Shown one piece after another: positions 16,115-26,087 of a DNA stretch of 43,956 bases; position 1 is the first letter of the stretch; the number at the start of each line of letters is the position of its first letter. The position numbers were made by a program, and so were the translations under genes. Source of the stretch: an uncultured Bacilli bacterium. Lineage in GTDB: Bacteria > Bacillota_I > Bacilli_A > RF39 > UBA660. The notes under the pieces are model-generated. The model was not told the origin of the DNA, did no database searches, and was given only the letters and a program-made list of their open reading frames with translations. The stretch spans positions 1-43,956 of the forward strand of contig CANQEQ010000001.1 in the NCBI GenBank assembly GCA_947595345.1. Reading direction: 5' to 3'.

Positions 16115-17148
16115 TTTGCCCTCCTTCTAACAATTAAGTTTTGTGCTATTGTGAATAAATTAGTAGTTGCCCAGTAAATATTTAAAGCTGTTGTCATGAA
16201 GAAAGACATAGCAATAATCATAAGCGTGAATATATTAGTCATCATCTTTTGTTGTTTGTCCATTTCAGGACTAGTTGATATTTGGTCCTTGGTTGTTGCT
16301 TTAAATGAGAAGTAAGTAGTTAAGGCGACAATTACAGTAATTACTATATATAAATAGTTACCAGCAAATATTCCAACTTGAGGGGTTGTTCCTAAATGAA
16401 GACCTAAGAATTTTTCTTCAAATATTGCTGGAACACGATTAATTGCTTCTAAGAAAGCTATTAAAAGTGGTAATTGTAAAAAGGCTAGTAAACATCCGGA
16501 TACAGGATTAACATTATATTTTTTATAAACCATTAACATTTCTTGGCTCTTTTGCATCATAACTTCTTTATCTTCTTGATTTTTATTAGCATACTTTTTC
16601 TCAATTCTAGCAAGTTCCGGTTGAGCTTTTTTCATATATTCACTTTGCATAGCTGTTTTTCTTGTAATAGGATAAAGTACTAATCTAATTAATAAACTAG
16701 TAATAATAAGACCCAAACCAAAACTATTAACTAAATTACCAAAGAATAAGATTACAAAAGCTAAAGGTTTAATAAAGATAGTTGCCCATAACCCTTCGTA
16801 TTTTCCTGAATTAATTTTAAAACTTTCACACTTTTCTTCTTTAACTTCTGTTACAATTTTTCCATCGTCGTCTTTTACAACATTTCCGTCTTCTGAAACT
16901 TTTGGAACTGTCTTTTTTATTTTATCACTTTTACAGACACAACTAGGTAAAGCATCAAGATTTACATTATTTTTCTCATATAATTCAATTGTTTTCTCAT
17001 CAGTTGGCCGACACAAAATATTTTCAGTCAAATTTTGTCCAGTTACTTCATTAATAACAGCTTTATTATCTTTTCCTTTAAGAGGCTTAGTACAACCAGT
17101 TATAAGTAAAAGTAGTAAAACTAAAACTAATATTTTCTTTTTTTTCAT
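16111..17148 (-). CDS. yidC: Membrane protein insertase YidC/SpoIIIJ (lipoprotein type) with an extended N-terminal extracellular region
   Basis: The lipobox is MKKKKILVLVLLLLLITGC. The insertase core includes LLIRLVLYPITRK, MQKSQEMLMVYKKYNVNP and GCLLAFLQLPLLIAF. A Cys-containing segment of about 100 aa lies between the lipobox and the core. Confidence 0.9.
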   Translation of the reverse strand: MKKKKILVLVLLLLLITGCTKPLKGKDNKAVINEVTGQNLTENILCRPTDEKTIELYEKNNVNLDALPSCVCKSDKIKKTVPKVSEDGNVVKDDDGKIVTEVKEEKCESFKINSGKYEGLWATIFIKPLAFVILFFGNLVNSFGLGLIITSLLIRLVLYPITRKTAMQSEYMKKAQPELARIEKKYANKNQEDKEVMMQKSQEMLMVYKKYNVNPVSGCLLAFLQLPLLIAFLEAINRVPAIFEEKFLGLHLGTTPQVGIFAGNYLYIVITVIVALTTYFSFKATTKDQISTSPEMDKQQKMMTNIFTLMIIAMSFFMTTALNIYWATTNLFTIAQNLIVRRRAK

Positions 17149-17186
17149 ATTTATTTCCTTTTCTTTTAATTATTGTTTTAAAGTAA

Positions 17187-17519
17187 TTATTTATGACTAG
17201 CATACTTTAATAAATTTACTAAGTTATCTTCTAAACTTTGATATGACTCCATAAGACAACTCTTTCTTATTATTATAATATAATCTTTTGATTTTGAATA
17301 GAGATTTCTATGATTATCTAAAATATTTCTAACTTTTCTTTTTAATTTGTTTCTATTAACAGCATTAGTTACTTTTTTAGGAACTGAAATACCAAACCGA
17401 TATACGTTATAATCATTATCTTTTAAATAAAGAACAAAGTATTTATTTTTATAACATTTTCCACTCTTTATAACATCATTAAATTCTAAATTACTTTTAA
17501 CAACATTAATTTTCTTCAT
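17187..17519 (-). CDS. rnpA: Ribonuclease P protein component
   Basis: The 110-aa basic protein contains RFGISVPKKVTNAVNRNKLKRKVRN and sits downstream of rpmH. Confidence 0.9.
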   Translation of the reverse strand: MKKINVVKSNLEFNDVIKSGKCYKNKYFVLYLKDNDYNVYRFGISVPKKVTNAVNRNKLKRKVRNILDNHRNLYSKSKDYIIIIRKSCLMESYQSLEDNLVNLLKYASHK

Positions 17520-17554
17520 ATTTCACCTTAAAAAAACCACAATTAAAATGTGGC

Positions 17555-17680
17555 TTATTTTTTTATAATTTCCTTACGACCTTTTCTTCTTCTTGAATTT
17601 AATACAGATGTTTCTTTTCTTGCAAAAAATCCATGCTTCTTTGCTCTTCTTCTATTATTTGGTTGATAAGTTCTTTTCAT
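17555..17680 (-). CDS. rpmH: 50S ribosomal protein L34 (41 aa; not in the ORF track)
   Basis: The minus-strand translation is [43 protein letters not shown] ggaggtg lies upstream. It runs from ATG (plus-strand cat 17678-17680) to TAA (plus-strand tta 17555-17557). Confidence 0.9.
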   Translation of the reverse strand: MKRTYQPNNRRRAKKHGFFARKETSVLNSRRRKGRKEIIKK

Positions 17681-17709
17681 TTCACACCTCCAAAACTAAA
17701 ATCTACATT

Positions 17710-17739
17710 ATTATAATAGGAAAATAGGGTGCTTGTCAA
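17710..17739 (-). promoter_or_regulatory. Putative sigma-A promoter of rpmH-rnpA
   Basis: The minus strand reads TTGACA (17739-17734), an 18-nt spacer, then TATAAT (17715-17710). Confidence 0.5.
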
Positions 17740-17747
17740 TTAATTTT

Positions 17748-18770
17748 TTAGATACTTTTGTTAATTTTTATTAATTCTAAAGCTTTTTCTTTGTTATCTT
17801 TTGTCATTCCTATTAATATTTTAGAATTCTTTTCTTGTAATTTTTTTAAAACTTCGTCTATGATTTTTTCTTTATTTTCCTTAATTAAATTAGTATTACA
17901 TATATTATAGGTTTTATTATCTGATGTTAAAATTTTTATATATTTGTTAACTGTTATTCCGTTGTAACGATATTCATATTTATATGCCAAGATTATATCT
18001 TGATAGTTTATTATAATAATATTCTTACTTAAATCTACAACATAATTAGAAGTTAAATATAATTTTATTTTTTCATAAGGACTTGATTTTAATATTTGAA
18101 CTTCATGATAGATTTTTGTTATATCAGCTTCACTGTAACGTTTTAAGATTTTATTAGTTCTTACCTTTCTAATTAGAAAGACTATAAATAAAGATAGAAA
18201 AATCATAAGTAAAACACTTGCTAGAATATAAAATTCAAAAGAATTATAAGGTGATAAATTAGTATCTAATAAGACTTCTCCTACATAATCCTCAAAGTTT
18301 TCTAACGTTAGGTAATCATTATCTACTACTTTATTGTATTCGTCTATGGCTAGTTTCTTAATATCGTTTGGAATAATTCTAGTTGTACCGGTTATTGTAA
18401 TTGGAAAATCGTCTTCTTTTTTAGCTTCTATTTCTTTAAACTCTTTTGAATTCATATAGATAATATATAAAATATTATGATTATCCATAGCTAAATAGTA
18501 TTTACTATCTTCTTCAATGCCATAATTTTGGTAAACAGCAAACATAACTGGAACGTTATTAATATCAACTGAGGCATATATATTGTCAATATCTTTAACA
18601 TCCCCAACTAAATCGCGCATTTCTTGAGGATTTTTTAAAGGTGTATGTTCTCTTTTATAAGCAAAAATTCCAACTCCGGCTCCAGCTAATAACATTAGAA
18701 GGCCTATACCAAGAATTATTTTATTTTTTCTTTTGTAACTTTTAAACAAATCGGTGTTTATTTTTTTCAT
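17748..18770 (-). CDS. Hypothetical membrane-anchored protein (340 aa) adjacent to oriC
   Basis: There is an N-terminal TM segment (ILGIGLLMLLAGAGVGIFAY) and a second TM near residue 180 (FYILASVLLMIFLSLFIVFLI). I recognised no motif. Confidence 0.6.
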   Translation of the reverse strand: MKKINTDLFKSYKRKNKIILGIGLLMLLAGAGVGIFAYKREHTPLKNPQEMRDLVGDVKDIDNIYASVDINNVPVMFAVYQNYGIEEDSKYYLAMDNHNILYIIYMNSKEFKEIEAKKEDDFPITITGTTRIIPNDIKKLAIDEYNKVVDNDYLTLENFEDYVGEVLLDTNLSPYNSFEFYILASVLLMIFLSLFIVFLIRKVRTNKILKRYSEADITKIYHEVQILKSSPYEKIKLYLTSNYVVDLSKNIIIINYQDIILAYKYEYRYNGITVNKYIKILTSDNKTYNICNTNLIKENKEKIIDEVLKKLQEKNSKILIGMTKDNKEKALELIKINKSI

Positions 18771-18938
18771 ACAATTTCTAAATATAAATTATTTAGATTT
18801 CCCTCCTTGTGAATTTTTGAAAATAAAAATTCAATAAAAATCTTATCATACTTTTTTAATATTGTAAAATTTTAAATATTTCAAAAGAATTTTTTAGTTT
18901 TCGTTTTTTAATTTTTGACAAAAAGCATCTTTAAAATT

Positions 18939-19190
18939 TTATCAACATGTAAAGTGGAAAACTTATTTTTTCGGGTTTTTTCGCTTTATTTTTTAAATAT
19001 TTTCCACATACTTGTTGAAAACTCTTTTTAACCTGTTGAAACAGAATTTATATAAATTGTTGAAAACTTTATACTTCCTTGAATTTAAAGATAAAAAGCT
19101 GTGGAAAACTAAGTGGATAAGTTGTTGAAAGTTTTTGTGGGAAATATTTATCCACAAGCTTTTTCACATTATTTCCCAACTTTATCAACA
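18939..19190. promoter_or_regulatory. oriC part 1: DnaA-box cluster upstream of dnaA
   Basis: There is one perfect box, TTATCCACA, at 19148-19156. One-mismatch boxes lie at 18939-47, 19000-08, 19100-08 (rc), 19112-20 (rc) and 19182-90. Two-mismatch boxes lie at 18953-61, 19013-21, 19058-66 and 19136-44. Confidence 0.85.
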
Positions 19191-19421
19191 TACTTTTGTT
19201 AATAATTTTTTTGGTATTTAGTTGACATTACTATCTTGTTAAGATTAAAAAAATCGTTTAAAATATTAAGACAAGATGAGGGTATAACCGGCAAGCAAAA
19301 ACAACTGAAAAAGCTCTCTAATTTGTTGATTTTAAAAGGCTTTTTTAAAGAGTGCTTATCTTTACTTTTAGGTTTATTATAAGTTACAATATATATATAA
19401 GGTTAATAAAGGAGGTGGAAT

Positions 19422-20807
19422 ATGAACAATGAAGTTTTGTGGCAAAAATTTCTAAACTCAGTTAAGGAAAAAGTTAATTCAATGGTATTTAAAACCTGGT
19501 TCAGTGAGACTTCACTTCTAAGTCTTGACGACGTGAAAGCTACTATTGTAGTACCTCTTGAAATTCATAAAACTAGGATTATGGAAACTTATTATCCTTT
19601 AATTACAGGTATTTTAAAAGATTTAACTGGAAAACTTTATGATTTAGATGTTGTCTTAGAAGAAGATGTTAAAGATAAACTAAAAAAAGAAGAAGAGATT
19701 AAAGTAGAAAATACTCCTCAAAAAATACCAAAATTTAAACATCAATCTAATTTAAGAAGTGAATATACCTTTGATACATTTATTGTTGGAGCTAGTAATA
19801 AATTAGCCCAAACAGCAGCTTTTGCAGTCGCTGAAAGTCCAGGTTTAACTTATAATCCTTTATTTATATATGGTAAAAGTGGACTTGGTAAAACCCATTT
19901 GATGCATGCTATTGGAAATTATAGTCAAAATGTCCATAATAAAAAAGTTTTATACGTTACAAGTGAACAATTTATTGAAGATTTTTTGGTTTTAAGTCGG
20001 AAAGATAACAAAAAAAATAATCAAATAGATACTGATAATTATGATTATGCTAGTTATTTCAAAGACAAATACCGAAATATTGATATTTTAATAATTGACG
20101 ATATTCAGTTTCTAGCTGGAGCACCAAAGACCCAAGAAGAATTTTTCCACACCTTCAATGATTTACGAGCTAACAAAAAACAAATTATTATATCTTCTGA
20201 TAGGTCACCAAATGATTTAAAACTTTTAGAAGATAGACTTCGTACTAGGTTTGGCTGGGGTGCAATTGTAAATATTTATCCACCTGATTTAGAACTTAGA
20301 ATTAACATTTTAAAGAAAAAAATTGAAGGAGCTAAATTAGCCCAAGATTTCCCGGAAGAAGTTCTAGAATATATTGCTTCTAATATTCCAAATGATGTTA
20401 GAAATCTAGAAGGAGCTATTAATAGATTAATGTTATATTCCTTTATGTTAGGAGGAGCACCAATTACTTTGCCTCTGGCAATTGATGCTTTAAAAGACGA
20501 GATTACTAAAGGAACTAGTGAAAAAAATGATATTTCTAAAATTCAAACCGTAGTAGCTGATTATTTTCAAATATCAGTTGAGGATTTAAAAGGAAAGAAA
20601 CGGAGTGCTAGTATTGCTTTTCCAAGACAAATTGCCATGTTCTTATCAAGAGACGTATTAGACGAGTCGTTTCAAAGAATTGGTTCTGAATTTGGGGGAC
20701 GTGACCATTCAACTGTTATGTATTCTTGTGAAAAATTAGAGAATGATATAAAAACTAATAAAAGTATTAGAGATACAGTTGAAAAAATTAAGAGTAACTT
20801 AAATTAA
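19422..20807 (+). CDS. dnaA: Chromosomal replication initiator protein DnaA
   Basis: Matches include YTFDTFIVGASNKLAQ, the Walker A IYGKSGLGKTHLMHAIGN, IDDIQFLAG, and the domain IV segment RQIAMFLSRD...IGSEFGGRDHSTVMYSCEKL. SD aaaggagg is present. Confidence 0.97.
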   Translation: MNNEVLWQKFLNSVKEKVNSMVFKTWFSETSLLSLDDVKATIVVPLEIHKTRIMETYYPLITGILKDLTGKLYDLDVVLEEDVKDKLKKEEEIKVENTPQKIPKFKHQSNLRSEYTFDTFIVGASNKLAQTAAFAVAESPGLTYNPLFIYGKSGLGKTHLMHAIGNYSQNVHNKKVLYVTSEQFIEDFLVLSRKDNKKNNQIDTDNYDYASYFKDKYRNIDILIIDDIQFLAGAPKTQEEFFHTFNDLRANKKQIIISSDRSPNDLKLLEDRLRTRFGWGAIVNIYPPDLELRINILKKKIEGAKLAQDFPEEVLEYIASNIPNDVRNLEGAINRLMLYSFMLGGAPITLPLAIDALKDEITKGTSEKNDISKIQTVVADYFQISVEDLKGKKRSASIAFPRQIAMFLSRDVLDESFQRIGSEFGGRDHSTVMYSCEKLENDIKTNKSIRDTVEKIKSNLN

Positions 20808-20832
20808 GCTTATTTAATAAAGGTTTCTAAAG

Positions 20833-21060
20833 TTATCAACATATATTTAGTGGAAAACTTAAAAGTTCTAATTGATTTTAAAAAATCTAAGATAAATTTA
20901 AAAATCTTAAAAAAGTTAGATGTTGATAAGTTATAAATTTTAAACATCTTTTCCACTTAACAAATAGAGCATCTAGGCTTATATTTAAAGGAAAATAAGA
21001 GTTATACACTTTTTTCCACACTGTTATTACTATTATATATATAAATAAAATAAAGAAAGA
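20833..21060. promoter_or_regulatory. oriC part 2: DnaA boxes plus an AT-rich stretch between dnaA and dnaN (probable unwinding side)
   Basis: Boxes lie at 20833-41 (TTATCAACA), 20849-57 (rc), 20921-29 (rc), 20949-57, 21002-10 and 21012-20 (TTTTCCACA). They are followed by the pure A/T run tattatatatataaataaaataaa. Confidence 0.75.
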
Positions 21061-21072
21061 AGGAGAAAAAAT

Positions 21073-22197
21073 ATGAAAATAAAAATTAAAAAAGATTTAT
21101 TACTTGAAAATCTAAATAAAGTATCTAAAGCAATTTCTACTAAGAATTTAGTACCTGCTTTAGCTGGAATAAAATTTGATTTACAAAAGGAAGGGTTAAC
21201 TTTAACAGCCAGTGACAACGATATAACAATCAGAACCTTTATACCTTACCAAGAAGGAGATATGACTATTGAAGAAGAAGGAAGTATTATTATTTCTGGT
21301 CGTTATATATTAGATATAGTTCGGAAATTAGATGAGGAAATGATTAATTTAGAAGTATTTGACGAATTAAAAGTAATTATTTCCACTGAAAATAGTGAAT
21401 ATAACTTAAATGGTATTAATAAAAATGAATATCCTAATATAAATTTAGAAATTAATAAAAATCCTATTTTAATAAATAGTAAAGTATTTAAAGATTTAGT
21501 AAATCAAACAGCTTTTGCTGCTTCAAATGATGAGGCGCGTCCTGCTCTTACTGGTTTAAATTTTAAAATAGTAGGAAATATATTAGAATGTAATTGTACA
21601 GACTCATATCGTTTAGCTAGAAAAATTTTAACTTTAAACAATAATGTGGAAAACGATTACAATATTGTTATACCAAGTAAGAATATAATTGAAGTATCTA
21701 AATTAATAAATGATGATGAATTAGATATTGAACTTCATATCTTTAATAATAAAATTTTATTCAAATATGATAACATTTTATTCCAAAGTCGTTTAATTAA
21801 TGGAAATTTCCCAAATACATCAAACTTATTACCAAAAGATAGTATGCTAAAAATTAAAGTAAGTGTTGCTGAACTTTATAATGTAATTGATAGAGTTAGT
21901 ATTTTAACAAGTGATAAAGAAAAAAATGTTGTTACCCTTGAAACGAGTGGCAATACTTTAACTATGAAATCTTCAAGTACTGAAATAGGTAGAGGCGATA
22001 GTAAAATGAATATTGAAAAAGAAAACGAAGAAGATATTACCATATCTTTCAGTGCTAGATATGTAATGGAAGCTTTAAAAGTAATAGAAGATTCAGAATG
22101 TGAAATATCATTTGTCGGAGAGGTTAATCCAATTATTTTTAAAGGCTGTGAACATGACGATTTATTACAATTAGTTCTACCTATTAGAACCTATTAA
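21073..22197 (+). CDS. dnaN: DNA polymerase III beta sliding clamp
   Basis: The 374-aa ORF contains LLENLNKVSKAISTKNLVPALAGIKF, RPALTGLNF, TDSYRLA and LVLPIRTY. It follows the canonical dnaA-dnaN order. Confidence 0.95.
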   Translation: MKIKIKKDLLLENLNKVSKAISTKNLVPALAGIKFDLQKEGLTLTASDNDITIRTFIPYQEGDMTIEEEGSIIISGRYILDIVRKLDEEMINLEVFDELKVIISTENSEYNLNGINKNEYPNINLEINKNPILINSKVFKDLVNQTAFAASNDEARPALTGLNFKIVGNILECNCTDSYRLARKILTLNNNVENDYNIVIPSKNIIEVSKLINDDELDIELHIFNNKILFKYDNILFQSRLINGNFPNTSNLLPKDSMLKIKVSVAELYNVIDRVSILTSDKEKNVVTLETSGNTLTMKSSSTEIGRGDSKMNIEKENEEDITISFSARYVMEALKVIEDSECEISFVGEVNPIIFKGCEHDDLLQLVLPIRTY

Positions 22198-22257
22198 AAA
22201 AATAAAATTAAAAATTTTAAAAATAATCTAAAAAATATGCATTTTTTAGAACTTTCC

Positions 22258-22279
22258 CGACAAAATACGACAAAATTCG
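22258..22279 (+). promoter_or_regulatory. Tandem 10-bp direct repeat CGACAAAATA-CGACAAAATT-CG upstream of comK
   Basis: The repeat is read directly from the sequence. A related copy lies at 15422-15441 on the minus strand. Confidence 0.4.
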
Positions 22280-22317
22280 CCACCCTTATTTGTTATTTTA
22301 ACAAGCAGAAATTTAGA

Positions 22318-22340
22318 TTTTCCACCTTTTCTGTGGATAA
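22318..22340. promoter_or_regulatory. Inverted pair of DnaA boxes 29 nt upstream of the comK start
   Basis: TTTTCCACC lies at 22318-26 and a perfect TGTGGATAA (rc TTATCCACA) at 22332-40, separated by 5 nt. Confidence 0.6.
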
Positions 22341-22368
22341 AAATTTAATTTCTAGTAGGGGGTGAATT

Positions 22369-22821
22369 ATGGAGTTAGACTCATATGAAATCAATAAAGA
22401 CACCTGTGCAGTAATCAATTTAAACGACGATTTATCTAAAATAATTGAGCAAGGCAACGATTACGTACTTCCTAAGAGAACTTATGAAGTTATGGAAGAT
22501 AGCTGTGTTTATTATGGAAGTACATTTGATGGTCGGGTTAAAGGAACAAAAATGATGTTAGGTTCTAACTATAAACTACCAATTATAATAGAAGAAAGTA
22601 ATGATATAATCTTTTTTCCAACCAAAGGTCCGGATAATGAAAAATGTTCGTGGATTTCTCTTAACAATGTCTTAAAATATGAACCATACGAAGGTTATAC
22701 TAAAGTAACGTTTACAGAAGGTAAAACTTTAGTACTAAAAATTACCTATCGTTCATTTGAATTACAATTATTAAGAGCAACGAGATTACAAAGTTTATTA
22801 AAAAGTAGAATTGAAGCTTAA
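22369..22821 (+). CDS. comK: ComK-family competence transcription factor (short, 150 aa)
   Basis: Block-wise similarity to B. subtilis ComK as I remember it:
- DSYEINKDTCAV vs ESYEVNGATIAV
- EDSCVYYGSTFDGRVKGT vs DRSCRFFGSSYAGRKAGT
- KLPIIIEESNDIIFFPT vs KPPIMVDPSNQIFLFPT
- CSWISLNNV vs CGWISHVHV
- TKVTFTEGKTLVLKITYRSFELQLLRA vs TEVTFSNGKTMELPISYNSFENQVYRT
SD gggggtga is present. Confidence 0.8.
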   Translation: MELDSYEINKDTCAVINLNDDLSKIIEQGNDYVLPKRTYEVMEDSCVYYGSTFDGRVKGTKMMLGSNYKLPIIIEESNDIIFFPTKGPDNEKCSWISLNNVLKYEPYEGYTKVTFTEGKTLVLKITYRSFELQLLRATRLQSLLKSRIEA

Positions 22822-22822
22822 A

Positions 22823-22847
22823 AAGTCGCCTTAATGGTGATTTTTTC
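22823..22847 (+). terminator. Rho-independent terminator after comK
   Basis: The stem pairs gtcgcc with ggtgat around the loop ttaat, followed by T6 (22841-22846). Confidence 0.55.
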
Positions 22848-23032
22848 TTTATAAAAATAAAAAACTAAATAAAAAAATAAATTTTCAGAAAAAGGTTAAA
22901 AAAAGGACTAAAAAATGTCTAAAAAAGGTCAAAATAGGTTGTTTTACCCCAAATTTATGGTATAATAATTAAGCAAGTATAGGTATATTATCTAAACTAA
23001 ATATTTGTTTTTTAGGGTTTTTGTGATGTTTT

Positions 23033-24169
23033 ATGAGATTAAAGAGTTTAAAATTAATAAATTTTAGAAATTATGAAGATATACAAATAGAGTTTTCTAA
23101 AGGAATAAATATTTTTATAGGAGCAAATGGCGTTGGAAAAACAAATATCTTAGAAGGAATATATGTACTTTCACTTACTAAGTCTAATAGATTTGGTACA
23201 GATATGGACCTTATAAAAATGGATACCGATAATGCAACAGTAGAAGGCGAAGTCTTGTATGACGATTATAGTAAATGGTATCAAGTAGCAATAAGCAAAC
23301 TAGGGAAGAAAGTTTATATAAACAAAAGTCAAATTAAAAAAATATCAGAGTATATTTCTAACTTTTGTGTAACGACGTTTCTTCCGAATGATATTGATAT
23401 AATAAAAGGTTCACCTAGTATAAGAAGAAATGTTTTAAATATCCAAATAGGGGAATTATATAATAATTATTTGAAGATATTAAATGAATATAATAGCTTA
23501 TTAAAAATGCGTAATGAATACTTAAAAAGATTAAACATTAATAGTATGGCTGATTATAAATATTTAGATGTAATAAATGAAAAAATGTTAGATTATAGTG
23601 TGAAATTATATTCTTTTCGTTTTTCTTATCTTCAAGATATTAATAAAATCCTGCCTATGATATTTAAAAAATTATCTGGTATTTCTGATTTAAAAATAGA
23701 TTATATAAATAATTTAGGAATAACTGAGTTTAATGAAGAGAAAATAAGAGAAATTTTACTTAATAAATGGAAAAGAAATTTAAGTAAAGAGTTAATGCAA
23801 GGTATGACTTTATATGGACTTCATAGAGATGACTTGATGTTTTCTTTGAAAGGACATGATGCTAAGATTTATGCTTCTGAAGGTCAACAAAGATTAATTG
23901 TAATTGCTTATAAAATAGCAGAACTTTTGGTTTTTAAAAAAATTAAAGGAGAATATCCGGTTTTACTCTTAGACGATGTATTTTCAGAAATTGATATTAA
24001 AAAAAGAAATAATATAATTAAATATTTTAATGACGAAATGCAAGTAATAATTACAACAACTGATATAGAAGAAATAGACGAAAATTTAGTTAAAAATGCA
24101 AGAATATTTAAAGTTAAAAATGGCATTATAAAAGGAGGACATAGAAATGGAAGAAAAGGTACAAGGTAG
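23033..24169 (+). CDS. recF: DNA replication and repair protein RecF
   Basis: Matches include [21 protein letters not shown], the Walker [17 protein letters not shown], the signature ASEGQQR and the Walker [12 protein letters not shown]. The 3' end overlaps the gyrB start. Confidence 0.93.
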   Translation: MRLKSLKLINFRNYEDIQIEFSKGINIFIGANGVGKTNILEGIYVLSLTKSNRFGTDMDLIKMDTDNATVEGEVLYDDYSKWYQVAISKLGKKVYINKSQIKKISEYISNFCVTTFLPNDIDIIKGSPSIRRNVLNIQIGELYNNYLKILNEYNSLLKMRNEYLKRLNINSMADYKYLDVINEKMLDYSVKLYSFRFSYLQDINKILPMIFKKLSGISDLKIDYINNLGITEFNEEKIREILLNKWKRNLSKELMQGMTLYGLHRDDLMFSLKGHDAKIYASEGQQRLIVIAYKIAELLVFKKIKGEYPVLLLDDVFSEIDIKKRNNIIKYFNDEMQVIITTTDIEEIDENLVKNARIFKVKNGIIKGGHRNGRKGTR

Positions 24170-26078
24170 TTATGATTCTTCGTCAATTCAAGTATTAGAA
24201 GGATTAGAAGCAGTTAGAAAAAGACCCGGAATGTATATTGGTACAACTGATGTTAAAGGTTTGCACCATTTAGTTTGGGAAATAGTTGATAATTCAATAG
24301 ATGAGGCTTTAGCAGGATACTGTCATAATATAGAAATAGTTATAAATAAAGATAATTCTATAACGGTTAAAGATGATGGACGTGGTATTCCAACTGATAT
24401 TCACCCTAAAACAGGAATTTCAACAGTTGAAACTGTTTATACAGTCTTACATGCTGGTGGTAAATTTGGTGGTGGAGGATATAAAGTATCCGGAGGTTTA
24501 CATGGCGTTGGTGCTAGTGTTGTAAATGCTTTAAGTAAATGGGTAGAAGTTACAGTTTATAAAGATGGTAAGATTAATAGTATTCGTTTTGAAAATGGAG
24601 GACACACTGTAGAGCCTCTTCATGAAACTGGTACATGTGATATAAATAGAACCGGTACAACTGTAACCTTTAAGCCTGACCCTGAAATATTTGATACGGA
24701 TATATATGATTATGAAACTTTAAAAACAAGGGTTCGGGAATTAGCTTTTCTAAATCGTGGTTTATCACTTAATATAAGAGATGACAGGGACCTTGAAGAT
24801 ACAACCGGAGAAACTTTCATGTATGAAGGTGGAATAAGTGAGTATGTTCGTTTTATAAATCAAGAAAAAACACCACTTCATAATGATATAATCCACTTAA
24901 ATGGGGAAAAAGATGGCGTATTTTTTGAAGTAGCTATGCAATACAATACCTCATATAATTCTAATATTTATTCATTTGTTAATAATATTAATACTCATGA
25001 TGGGGGAACTCATGAAGATGGAGTAAAAAGAGCTTTAACAAGAGTAATTAATAGTTATGCGAGAAAAAACAATATTTTAAAAGAAAAAGATGAGAGTTTA
25101 AAAGACGACGATGTTAAAGAAGGACTTACTATGATTATTTCTTGTAAGCACCCTAATCCTCAATTTGAAGGACAAACAAAAGGTCGTTTAGGAAATAGTG
25201 AAGTTAAAAACCTTGCCGATAGCGTATTTGCCGAAGGATTTGAGAGATTTTTACTTGAAAATCCAACTGAAGCTAGAACAATTATAAGTAAAGCCGTTTT
25301 AGCAAGAGATGCTAGAATGGCAGCTAAAAAAGCCAGGGAGGCTACTAGAAAAACAGATTTAACAACAACTAATTTCTTTGGAAAACTAAGTGATTGTAAG
25401 AGTAAAGACCCAAGTATATCTGAAATTTTTATCGTCGAGGGGGATTCAGCTGGTGGAAGTGCTAAAAAGGGAAGAGATGCTATGACTCAAGCTATTTTAC
25501 CTCTTCGTGGAAAGATTTTAAATGTTGAGAAAGCAAGGCTTGATAAAGCCCTTGGAAATGAAGAAATAAAAACAATTATAACAGCCTTTGGAACTGGAAT
25601 AGGCGAATACTTTGATTTAGATAAATTAAGATATGATAAAATAATTATCATGACCGATGCCGATGTTGATGGAGCACACATCAGAGTTTTATTGTTGACC
25701 TTATTTTATCGTTTCTTTAAACCAATTGTGCAAACAGGACACGTCTATGCTGCTCAACCACCTTTATATAGAGTAATGCATGGAAAAACAAGAAAGTATA
25801 TACTAAATGACCCTGAATTAGCTGCTTACTTAAGTTCTTTACCTGAGAATGTTAGAAGCAAAGCTGAAATTGCTCGTATGAAAGGTTTAGGAGAGATGGA
25901 TGCTGAAGAGTTGAATGAGACAACTATGGATATTACTAAGCGAACACTTAGAAGAATAACGGTTGGAGATTGCCTAGAAGCAGATAAGATATTTGAAAAA
26001 CTTATGGGGGACGAAGTAGAACCAAGAAGAAAATACATTGAAGAAAATGCTCCTAAAGTTGAAAATCTTGATATTTAG
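24147..26078 (+). CDS. gyrB: DNA gyrase subunit B
   Basis: Matches include [74 protein letters not shown] and [11 protein letters not shown]. Confidence 0.98.
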   Translation: MEEKVQGSYDSSSIQVLEGLEAVRKRPGMYIGTTDVKGLHHLVWEIVDNSIDEALAGYCHNIEIVINKDNSITVKDDGRGIPTDIHPKTGISTVETVYTVLHAGGKFGGGGYKVSGGLHGVGASVVNALSKWVEVTVYKDGKINSIRFENGGHTVEPLHETGTCDINRTGTTVTFKPDPEIFDTDIYDYETLKTRVRELAFLNRGLSLNIRDDRDLEDTTGETFMYEGGISEYVRFINQEKTPLHNDIIHLNGEKDGVFFEVAMQYNTSYNSNIYSFVNNINTHDGGTHEDGVKRALTRVINSYARKNNILKEKDESLKDDDVKEGLTMIISCKHPNPQFEGQTKGRLGNSEVKNLADSVFAEGFERFLLENPTEARTIISKAVLARDARMAAKKAREATRKTDLTTTNFFGKLSDCKSKDPSISEIFIVEGDSAGGSAKKGRDAMTQAILPLRGKILNVEKARLDKALGNEEIKTIITAFGTGIGEYFDLDKLRYDKIIIMTDADVDGAHIRVLLLTLFYRFFKPIVQTGHVYAAQPPLYRVMHGKTRKYILNDPELAAYLSSLPENVRSKAEIARMKGLGEMDAEELNETTMDITKRTLRRITVGDCLEADKIFEKLMGDEVEPRRKYIEENAPKVENLDI

Positions 26079-26087
26079 GAGGGTAAT

